64,000 bases of DNA from Balamuthia mandrillaris (taxonomy: Eukaryota). The DNA lies in NCBI GenBank assembly GCA_031835245.2, contig JAVKOQ020000024.1, positions 248,001-312,000 on the forward strand, in the 5' to 3' direction. Of the stretch, positions 12,453 to 25,110 are shown piece after piece. The notes beneath the pieces were generated by a model, which saw only the letters and a list, made by a program, of their open reading frames with translations, searched no databases and was not told the origin of the DNA. Numbering within the stretch: the first letter of the stretch is position 1; the number at the start of each line of letters is the position of its first letter. Made by a program: the position numbers and the translations under genes.

Positions 12453-13714
12453 ACGAAAGGATCCAACAATGTGATGAAAGTTTGGGACATTCTCGGAGGT
12501 GGTCGGCTGTTACACAGCGTTTCTAATCACCAAAAAGCTATTACCACACTTGCCTTCAACGTATGCTCTCTCCTCATTCTACTTGTCCTACTGCTCTTAA
12601 CTTCTCTTGCATAATCCATATGTGAACATTTTATAGGGGGACTACACACGTTTGATTAGCGGCTCTTTGGATCAACATCTGAAGATCTACGATGTTACTG
12701 ATTATTCTGTCGTCCACAGCATCAAATACAGCGCTCCTATTCTGTCTTCTGCTTTGTCGGTATGTTTTTTCTGTCCATTTCTCTCGTGTTATTTGTTTGT
12801 TTGTTTGGTTATGTTCATTTTTCTTTTCTGATCGCTTCTTTCTTTTACTAACTCTAAAACAGGCGGACAATACACAACTGGTAACAGGTATGGCTGATGG
12901 AATGCTGTCTATTCGGCATCGTCAAATCTCCATGTCCTCCGACCAGATCCACAAACGTAGGGCTAAAGCCCTGCATGGTGGCACCTATCGCTATTTTATG
13001 CGTGGCAAGAACGAGAAGCCCTCTAAAGAGGACTTTATAGTGGAACATCAGGCCAAACAAAAGTTGCAAGAATACGATAAGTACCTTCGCAAGTTCCAAT
13101 ACAGGGATGCTCTTGATGCTGCCTTGGAGGTTCGTTTCTCTCTCTCTCTCTCTTTCTCTTGAGCGCTCTGTTTTTTCTTTCTTTTGACTTTTTCGTTATC
13201 CTTATTTTCTGGCTTCTACAAGACCAAAGATCCCGTTGTAGTTTACAGTATTTTGCGAGAACTACGAACGCGACATGGACTTTCCATTGCTGTCTCTGGA
13301 CGAGATGAAATTACTCTCCAACCATTGCTGGAGTACTTAAACGCTCACATCACAAACCCTCGGTATGCTCAACTGCTCATTCATACCTGCAACCTTGTTT
13401 TAGGTAACGTTTTACTTCTTTCGTTCTTATTTTGTTGTCTTCACGTTCGTGCCCATTCTTTCTCCTTCTGGTCCTCTTCTATTTCTTCTCTTTCCTTCAC
13501 TCTAACTTGAAAAACAAAAACAAAAAAACCAGATCAATACATGGGAGTAATAGGGCAATCAATAGTAACAGACGAAATGCTTTACAAGCTGCAAAGAAAG
13601 CTGAAAAACGAAATTCGATTCGAGAAGCAGTTGTTCGAACTGATGGGCAGCCTGGACATGCTCATCTCCTCTGCCGCTGTCTCCTCCGCTTCTCCCAACC
13701 TTGCCTCTTCCTAA
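11296..13714 (+). CDS. UTP15: U3 snoRNA-associated protein 15 (WD40 repeats plus UTP15 C-terminal domain), 9 exons
   Basis: AVTSSTRVQIF, KTISRFKDIAYSASYRGDGKLMVAG, GSYDHTVKVWD, SNHQKAITTL, YRYFMRG, YDKYLRKFQYRDALDAAL, AVSGRDEITLQPLL. Confidence 0.94.
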
Positions 13715-14382
13715 CTTTAACTTTTTTTTTTTTGCTTTGCCAATTATTTATGGAAGAAAAAAAAGAGAAAAGAAATGCCCTACTGCACAAGCAGAGAGAA
13801 AGAGAAAGAGAAAGAGAGAGAGCGGAGACGAGAGAGGAAAACAGAGACGAGAGAGGAGAAGGGCGAAGAAGGTTTTCGTGTCGTCACGAATATTAAAAAT
13901 GGTGACGTGTAATGGACCCAATTTGAGATCGATCACGACCCCTCAAATGAAAAATTTTGTCGGAACGCCAAAAAAAAAAAATTGGGGTGCAGAGAAAAAG
14001 TAGCGGAGACGAACGCGCGCGCAGGGGGGCAAAAAAAAAAAAAGAAAAGAAACGCCACACACGCATACACGCACAAGGGGGGGGTTGTTTGGTTGTTGAT
14101 CTCCACGCTGTTTAAACGTTGCATCATCAGGTTGGTTTTTTTTCTTCTTCTGCGCTTGAGCCGTTCTTTTTCATGGATGCGGTTTTTGTGTGTTTTTTTT
14201 AAATTCATTTTTGTTTCTTGATCTCTCTGCGACTCGCACTGGTTTTTTTTTCTCCCCTCTTTTAGTGTTTCACTTTCATTTTTGTTTTGGATGCTTTGTT
14301 GTTGTTGTGTTTTCATGATGTGGGTGCGAAAAACTTTTGCGGTTAACAAAGGCGCGTTCCTCCATAGAAAAAACACACAAAA

Positions 14383-16400
14383 ATGAGTAGCCAAGACCCA
14401 GTGCCCGCTTCCCTTGTCGGCAAGCACTTCATCATGAACTACTACACTTTGTTGCACAATGAGCCGGAGTCCCTCCACAAGTTTTACAAGAAGGACTCCA
14501 TTTTTTCTCATGCCATTGAGGGCGAGTCTGCCTCTCCTGTTATCGGTGATCAGGTACTTTTCGCTTTTCCCCTCTCTTTGTTTGTTTACCACATAAATCT
14601 AAACTAAAAAGCAACAAAAATAGGCCATCAACCAAAGGATCACGGAACTCGGCTACACAAACTGCAAAGTCCACCTCTCCGTGGTTGAGGCTCAGTACTC
14701 CCTGCAGCAGGGCGTGCTGCTCATGGTCAAGGGCACACTGAACAATGAGGGCCAGGCTCCCCGCGAGTTTGTGCAAACCTTTGTGCTCGCCGTGCAACAA
14801 CCCTCTGGCTACTACGTCCGCAACGACATTCTCCGCTTCTTCAAGGACAGGCCCGCCGCTGCGCCTGCTGTCGCCCCCACCACTGCCTCCCCTGCACAAG
14901 CCACTACCTCTGCTCCTGCGGCCACCGCCTCCTCTACGGCCACAGACTCTCTTTCCTCTCCTACCACTCCTACTAAGTCTTCCCAACAGGAAGCAACTGC
15001 TGTTCCCGTGGCCGCTACTAATGGCGTCTCTGGTTAGTAGTACAGCCTGTTCAGCTTTTTTTCTCCCTTTATTTTTTTTGTCTTATTCCTTTTCTTCTAT
15101 TTCTATCAAAATAAGTAGAACCCGAAGAGAAAGCAGCCCCAAAAGCAGAGAAGGCTGCGCCCGCTGAGGACAGTGCCTCAACCCCAGCCACAACCCAACA
15201 ACCCAAGCAGCCGGCTACAGCCGCCTCCAGCGAGCCTGCCAAACAACAACAAAAGAAGGCTGTTCCTCCCGCTGCTACCACTCAACCCAAGACTGAAGCC
15301 ACGACCGCTGCTGCTGGCGAATCCAACAACACCAAAGGAGCTAACAAGGGAGCCGTCCAAAAACAGCAACAGCAAAAGCAACCACAACAGCCCTCCACAG
15401 AAGGCTCCCCAGTGCCTTCTTCCTCACCCACCCCTGCCGAGGCCAAACAGCAGACCCCTCAACAACGGCAGGCTCCTTCTCCACCAAAGTCATGGGCTGC
15501 CCTTGCCGCCCAAAACGCTGACACGCCTGCGCCTGCGGCCCCCCTCTCCTCTAAAACGCGCCCCACTGTAATGACCTCTCCTACCTCCGCTGCAGCCGCT
15601 GCAGTGACTTCTCCCACTGCCTCCCCCAAAGCCGACGCCGCCGAATTGCCTAACGAGTCTGGGGCTACGAGTACGTCTTTGCCTTGTTTGCCTTGTTTTA
15701 CTACTTGATAAACTAACGTTTCTGAAATACTTACAGAGGCACTTCCTCCCTCCCTCTATGTTAAGAACTTGCCATTCTCTTGCACAAAAGCACAGATCGC
15801 CGAGCTTTTCCGAGGCTTCGGCACCATCAGAGATATTACTCAACAACCTGCTAAGGTATGTCATGATTCTAATTTTTGTTTTCATTCTACTTTATTCACC
15901 CTTTTATTTATTTTTTTTGTCTTTTTGGTGATGCAGGGCTACGCTTTTGTTGAGTACGAGTCCATCGAAAGTGTTAGAGCGGCCATCGCTGCTGGTCATA
16001 CCACCCCTGTACGTTTATCTCGTTCTTTGCCTCCTTCTTTCATTCTATATTCAAATGATCCTGACTCGTTGCTATCCTCTCTTGCCACAAAAATCAGCTG
16101 GTGATGGACGACAGAACCCTTGTCATCGAAGAGAAGAAGCCCAAGGCCGGGCGCGGTGGTCCCGGTCGGCAAGACCGTGTGGGCGGTGGCTCTCGCAGGG
16201 GTCCCCGCCCCGACCGTGGAGACCGTCGTGGTGGCAGCAATGCCAACGGAGAGAGAAGGGGCGGAGGAAGCGGAGGAAGTGGTCGACGGGGCAGACCCTC
16301 TTCTGGCGGCGTGGCCGGTGGAGCTGGCGGCGCACCACAGCAGAAGCAAAAGGCTGGCGGTGCCCCACAGAAGCAGAAGCCGGTGACAGCAGCGGAATGA
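14383..16400 (+). CDS. G3BP/Rasputin-like protein (NTF2 domain, P/Q/A/T linker, RRM, RGG tail)
   Basis: VGKHFIMNYYTLLHNEPESLHKFY and REFVQTFVLA..GYYVRNDILRF (NTF2); KSWA motif; SLYVKNLP and GYAFVEY (RNP2/RNP1); LVIEEKK followed by an RGG tail. Confidence 0.9.
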
Positions 16401-16636
16401 ACGAACAAAGAGGAGGAGGGAAAAAGAAAAACACACACAATGGCAAACAAACAACAGGAAAGAAAAAAAAAAAGAGAAGGAAAAGGACTACAGGAAAAAC
16501 ACAAACAAAAAGCGGTGCACTTGTTTAAGTTATATAATTTATTGCTAATATTATTTATGGTGGAGGGCCCTTTTCCGCATATCCATCCATTCCCCTTTTC
16601 ATGTTTGTTTTGTGGAAAGAATGAATGAGTGAAAGC

Positions 16637-18108
16637 TTACAGTCGTTGCTTCAGCTCTTCTTCCACTTTCTCCAAGTATTGAAGACGAATGGCGGCCTGC
16701 CTGGCCTCCTCCAGGTGGTCGTGGCGCAGGGCCTCGCTGGCGGCGGCGTAGCACGCTCGCAGCTTCTCCTGGTTCTCCCTCTGCAGAGCTCGCAGCTGGT
16801 CCTTGCTCGTGGCCTCCTCGATCTCCCCACGGACCTCCATCACCTCCATGAGAAGCTCTGGATCGGTGATGGTGCCTGAGCTCTCGTCCAGAGGGGCTCC
16901 TGCTAAAGATAACTAAAGGATGGAAGGATGGTGTTAGGAAGGAAGAAGGAAGACTTGGAAAAACAAAAGGAAGAAACCAAGAAGAAACAATAAAAAGGAT
17001 GAAAGAAAGAATATTTTACCATGTATTTAAGCCTTTTGTTTGGGTTCTTTAGAGTGCGATACGCTTCGTTGATCTCGGAGGATACTCCCTCTGAAAACGC
17101 TTTTTCGGTCTTATTGTGGTAAACAATTGAAAATAAGAGAGGTTAACCACGTGAGAGAGAAAGAGAGAAAGAATGAAGATAAAAAAAGATAAAGAGGCAA
17201 AAAAAAAAACGCGATGGAACTGCTGTCGTTTAGAGAAAGGAGGAGGGAGCAGCACAAAGATCTTCTTACTTCTGACTTTTGGTGGAATTTATCAGGATGA
17301 AGCTTCCGTTGCAACGCCCAGTAATGCTTTTCCAGTTGGTTCAGATCTACCTCGAAGCTGTGTTTACTGTTAGCAGCATTATATTAGCAACGAGGACTCC
17401 CTCCATGGAACACAGGGAGAAACAGAAAATGCATCAAGAAGAGAAGTAGAGAACGCGAGAGAGAGAGAGAGAAGAGAGCAAAAGAGTTCCAACAAAAGAG
17501 AAGTAGAGAGTGTAACGCAAGAAAAAAAAAAACAAGGCGGTGGCGTCGTACATGCCGAGCAGTTCAAAGTAGTTGAAGGGGCGCGGGGGTTGCACTTTGT
17601 TGCAGGTTGAGCAGAAGAGTGAGGTTTGCTTGATGAAATGGGCGCAGGACCAACACGCCGGTCGAGAGCCGTATTTGGGATGTTTCGCAGCGTGCTCATG
17701 CTCATGCTGTTCTCCTTGAGGGTGTTGTTGTGATTGGGCCGCTTTTTCATGTCTCTCTTCATGAGCTGAAGTTGGTGTTGAAGAAGGAGAAGAAGAAAAG
17801 AAAGAAGAAGCAGAGGAAGAGAAAGAGCGCTGAGATTTCTTAGCGCGGTGTTGCGATGGTTGGAATGGGGAGGAGGAAGTAGACGAAGAAGAAGTCAGAC
17901 ACTGCGAGCAACAAGGAGAAGAGAAGAAAGAGCGCCGTCTTGTAAGAAACACTAGGCGTCGCTTGGCAGCAATCGTGGAGGCCTGTCGCGTGGCCTCCGC
18001 CAAGAAAAATGGCCGCGGCGACAGCACCACCAACGCTCTTCCAGATTTTAGCCCTTTGCCACCGCTGCCAGCGAAAAAACGTGTCGCAGCCGTTGGAGTC
18101 GACCTCAT
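16637..18108 (-). CDS. HSCB: Mitochondrial Fe-S cluster co-chaperone HscB/HSC20/Jac1
   Basis: R/S-rich presequence; CWSC..FCSTCNKVQPP zinc motif; NYFELLG; J-domain LQRKLHPDKF; INEAYRTLK; C-terminal LMEVMEVR..LQYL. Confidence 0.93.
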
Positions 18109-18180
18109 CTTTTCTTCCTTCTTTGGTTTGTGCTTGAGCGTGCGCTCTCTCTTGTTTTGGCGCGGGCAGGGCCGTTCGCT

Positions 18181-18224
<44 letters not shown>

Positions 18225-19809
18225 GTATTTGTGGAGCACGCAAAGCTTTCGTCCGGGTCGACACAAATTTTCGCTGCTCAAAGCAAGGGACTAGTTTTGC
18301 TGCCCTTTTTTGCCAAAATAATTATAAAAGCACAAAATGATCAAAAAGCAGAAATTTTGGTTAGTAGTCATTGTTGAAAAACTCCAACTTTGTAGCTCTT
18401 CTTTCTGCTGAGTTCTCCTTCTGCCATTGACCTAAGAAAACCTTTCATCTTCCTCTTCTCCTTTCTTGATGGTTCCTTTTCTCTCTCTCTTCCATTTTAT
18501 GCTTTGTTCTTTTATGGATCTTTCTTTTAGTTTAAATACTGCCTCTCCTTGTTTCTTCTTCTTTCCTCTCAGGACAACTTACAACAAAATAATTTACTTA
18601 TATTCTTTGCTTTTAGTAAATTAAGTTTGGGTCTTGTATTTACTTTGTCTCCACTATCATTCCTGTTCTTATTTTACAACATCATTAGTTCATATTTTAT
18701 TTCTTTCTTTACTTTATTTCTTTGAATTTCTATTTATTTTTGTTAAAAAGAAGGTTGTTATAGAACTTAATGGAGTATATAGTAAAATAACTTTCCTTGC
18801 CTTTTCAATGTTTGCATAACTTCTTTTTTTCACTTTGGAATCCAAATATTAGTGTTGATGGGGAATAACCCTGCAGATCAAGAAAGGGACGGCACATAAG
18901 CGAATCTGGGTTTATTCACAAGAAAAGGGGTGTGGACCAAAGTGTGTGCTTTGAATATGTTATGAGGAAAAGAAGAAAATAAAAAGGGCGAGAAAATTTG
19001 GAGATATCGGGGAGAGTGTCGACAAGAAGTCATAATGGTTGGTTTTCCAACACTCATTCATTTTTTAAAAACTTCACATTTTTCTTTTTTTTAGAGTATG
19101 TGTTGGCCACTTCACCTTGCAGACCATTATTATGACATTCATGTCATGTTCATTGATATTAATAACGGTGCTGTAAGTATCTTTATCTACAAGGTTAAGC
19201 AACCTGTTACATATAATCTTAGTTGAATCAATATGAATAATGTCAGCTGGCTAACTAAAAGAATCTCAAGAAGAAGGGAAATGAGGAAAAAGGAGAAAAT
19301 AATAAAATGAAAAAGAGAAACTGTATAAAGGAAGCAGGTTTTTCTAATAAAAGCAAACCAAGAACCATTCCAATCTTATCTCTCCTTTGTGAGCATTGTA
19401 AAAGAGAAAAAGGGATTGGTTTGACCTTTAAAATTTCCTTTACCTTGGCGAGAGTTTATTCATGTGTTTATGTGCTGTTCTATAACCCAAGTGGATAAGA
19501 AAGAAGTTTACTCACCTTGGTTCTTCTTCTTTGATCCATCTCAGTGGGCAGGTTGTTTTTTTTATTATTTTTGTTTTAAAAAAGAACCTTACCCATCTTT
19601 CTTTTTTTTTTTGTTCGTTAAATTTCCACTGTGTAGGAAGTGTGTTTTGTTATCATCATTCATCTCTCAGAAAACACAGTGTGTGAGAGGTTTCCTCCTC
19701 CTTTGCATGACGTGGAAGTAACGTAGCCTTCTTTTTTGTTATAATATATAATAATTATTATATTATTATTATTTTTTGTTGCAGAGGGGTCACATTCAAC
19801 ACACAAGAG

Positions 19810-21604
<1,795 letters not shown>

Positions 21605-21655
21605 CTTATCCAACAAGAAAAAAGTTTCAAAGACGAACGTTTATACAATCCTTTT

Positions 21656-22287
21656 TTACAGCTTCGCTCTGACTTGATCATCTTCTGTTGCGGGAGAAGA
21701 AGAATGAGGAGTGTTGAGCTGGTTCATGAATTGCAAGAACTTGGAACCTCCTTTGGAGATGTCAAAGGGTTGGGCGGGGTCCAGAGGACGCTCAGAGAGT
21801 CCCCACAGGCGATCTGTTTCTATTTCTTCATCTGCTTCTCGCTTCTTGTTGAATTCGCTTATCAATGTCTTCCATTTGTCTGTTTTTTGTTTGTTGTCAG
21901 CGAAGAACGAAGAAAAAAAGAGAATGAAATTGAGAACAGAGCGAACCTTTGTCAGAACTTTGGACATATCGAAAGAGAGGAAGTAATTCAGGGATGGGAA
22001 TGCTAAAGTTGAGCCGAGGTATAGTAATGGTTGTGTCATCGGTTCGTTGCTTCATGTTGCAGGTGACCACTCCCACCAACTTACCCTTTCTGTAACATTG
22101 CGATTAAAACTTATCACGATGAGAGAAGAGAGAGAGAGAGAGAGGGCACAGAAAAACGCACATGTCAAGTAACATGCCACCAGAATTTCCGCTGTGCACA
22201 GCAGCGCTGGTTTGAATGAGGACCGGCCTTTGCTTCACGTATACTACCTTGGACACAATGCCCTTTGTACAGCTGGCGCGTAATTCT

Positions 22288-22346
<59 letters not shown>

Positions 22347-22355
22347 GGTTGTTGT

Positions 22356-22386
<31 letters not shown>

Positions 22387-22411
22387 GTTGTTGTTGTTGT
22401 TGTTGTTGTTG

Positions 22412-22472
<61 letters not shown>

Positions 22473-23380
22473 ATGCGAAACGATAAGTAAAAAAAACAAG
22501 GAACGAAAGAAAACGTACCTGTGCTGGGTCCAAAAATGGCATGACCGAGAATAAAGGCCTTCTGGCCTTCTTTTGGAGCGGTTTTGCAAAGCGCTACTGC
22601 AGGAAGAGAGGCAATGTCATCCGGCAGGGACAATTTTAGCAGAGCGATGTCAGGATTGGCCGTTGGGGAGACAAACACAACATCGGCAGGGTAAAAGGGA
22701 AAGCTAGAAGAGGCAGAGGAAGAGGAGAGCAGAGGAAAATCCACTCGAACTCGCAGCTGCGCTCCAGCACGAAGCTGCGGGGTAACCTGCTGTTCAGAGG
22801 AACCTTTTGCAAAAAGAAGGAGAAAGAAAAAGAGAATCAGTATTGCAAGTGAATGTTGAAAACAACGAAAGACTGAAGACGTCAGAAAAGATCGATAGGA
22901 GACCTTCAGTCGGGTGAGAAATATTAAGATAAGGTCTGATGACATGCGCATTGGTGAGAACGTAGCCATTGTTGGAAATGATGATGCCAGAGGCCCAAGT
23001 GTTTCCAACAGTGACCAACACCAATGACCAATGTGCTCTTCGAATGGCTACCGGCAGCACTTTTTTGCGTTGCGATTGTTGAAGTGCGTTGTAATTGCTG
23101 TTTGTGGTTCTGTCGTTCCCTGTATAGCTGGTGGAGGTGGGACGAGGAAGGGCATAAGATGCAACGTCAGCATGGCTTACGTTCTCTGGAGGAAGGCTGT
23201 TGGTAACGGAGGAAGTTCCTTTTGTGCGAAGAAAGCTCGGAGAAAAATAACAATGTACAATGGGCAGAAGAACGTCCGCTGTTAGTATGATGTTTAGTTC
23301 TACAGGAGAGCCATCTCTACGAGTGAAGAGGGCAGTTAAGGATAAAGCAGAGAGAGAGAGAGAGAGAGAGAAAGAAAGAG

Positions 23381-23424
<44 letters not shown>

Positions 23425-23522
23425 AATAACGAGGATATTATAACGGTGGTGTCAACATCTGATTGTAAAATGGAAACGAAGCGATAAGTAAAATTACATT
23501 TGGCAACAGAGAGAGGGAGAGG

Positions 23523-23565
<43 letters not shown>

Positions 23566-24772
23566 TATACATACCCCAACCCACTGCCCACATGGATCTA
23601 TAACAGCACCACCCTCCATGCCAGGCAAGCAGCGGGTGTCCGTCAGCAAGAGAGGCACAACCAGGCCACCAGTAACATCTGTGCAAGTAACTTTGTTGCT
23701 GAGAGCGCCCGCAGAGACGCAGTTCAGAAAGGCGTTAGGGGAGAGAAGACCATAAGGCGAACCTATCGTCATCATGCTCTCTCCACGAGACAACGCCTTG
23801 GCGGAGATCCAACCATTTGGTAGGTCTGGGTGATGGTGATGAGAAGCAGTAGCTGCCGCTATTGATGATGTGGGTGAAGGAGAAGAAGAACGCTGATATG
23901 AAGATAATTGAATGAGAGCTATGCTGCCGAGATTTCCAGCGTCCGCCCACGGCGGAGGTACTTTCGCTTCATAATCGTGTTCTCCTCCTTCTGCTCCTCC
24001 ATTACCTTTGCCTCCTTTCGCTTGAAAGTTGCTAGTTCTTCCTTTTTCCACAGCGGTGGAGCCGCCAATGAAGGATGGCGGCGGTGGTGGCAGGGTGGGA
24101 GCGGCAGCCACCACTCCGCTCCATCCCAGCTCCCAACCAGAGTATCCTGCCATCAGTCTTTGAGCGGCCTCACAGACCTCTGCTATCCGGTGTACCCCTA
24201 ACAGTTCTGCCGATTGCCACTCTTGGACCCCGATTGCTTCTTCTTGTTCTTCGCTCTTTTCGTTGTTTTGGTTGTGGAGCAGCACTTCCACTGTCGTATG
24301 CTTGCCTAGAACCACGTTCCTTGCCAACTGACATTACACGAGCATTAGTGAGCGAGTCAGAGAGAGTTGAGCAGAAACAGGGAATGAGAGAGAGAGGAGA
24401 TACATGGGAAGCAAATGGTAGGAACAGGGTAGCAGTGGTCAGGATGAGACCCAGTTCACTATCCACAAGAATGCCAGAAGCGCTAAGCGTCGTTACTCCA
24501 CAACTTCACTTTGTGCTGTCAGCACAAATAAAAGAAAATACAGAGACGTAGAGAGGCACACACCGACATACAGAAGCAAGGAGAAAAGGAATAACAAAGG
24601 AGCTGAACAAGAAAAGGGGTAGCAAGCGTAACTCCGTATGGAAAAACGGTCTGCCTCTGATCTTTTGTTCCAAAGAGTCCCTACCACGCACCCGGATCAT
24701 GACCACCCTCGGAAGGAATCGCTTCACTGCCTCCACGGGGCCTTCCTCCACCCCCCTCGCCGTGCCCTTCAT
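21656..24772 (-). CDS. Peroxisomal trypsin-like processing protease (TYSND1/DEG15-like) with PTS1
   Basis: WASGIIIS..LTNAHV (His), PDIALL (Asp), AAVHSGNSGG (Ser); first degenerate domain IGSPYG...LLTDTRCLPGMEGG; LNFSIP; ends -RAKL*. Confidence 0.88.
22289..22472. repeat. (TTG)n, i.e. (AAC)n on the coding strand, microsatellite in a protease intron
   Basis: About 180 bp trinucleotide run, read directly, abutting the 3' splice site. Confidence 0.95.
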
Positions 24773-25110
24773 CGCTTCGATCAAAGCAACGCTTTCTCTA
24801 GTCTTCTGCTGGAGACTTCTTCCTGACTCTCCATTATGACGTCAGCCTTGGCGCCAGTTCGAATCCATGCCTTCGCCATTTTGTTTTATGTATTTGGAAT
24901 GTTTGGTATGACGAATTTTTGTCATTGCTATCATTCCACATGCGAATGTGTGGCATGCAAAGAATGTGCATAATTTACATACCTGAGAAGAAAGAAAGAA
25001 AGCAGAAGCAAGCGGAGAAGAAGCGAGAAGCGCCGAAAAAGAGAGAGAAGAGGAAGCTCCTCCGTTGAAGTGACAAAAGTTATTTCTTCTTCTTTTGCGC
25101 AAAAAAAAAA

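Noticed and set aside
19663..19690. CAGTG-containing hairpin upstream of ferrochelatase resembling an iron-responsive element
   Set aside because: It lacks the canonical 5-bp upper stem, 6-nt loop and bulged C, and it lies upstream of the TATA-like tract at about 19740, so it is probably not in the mRNA.
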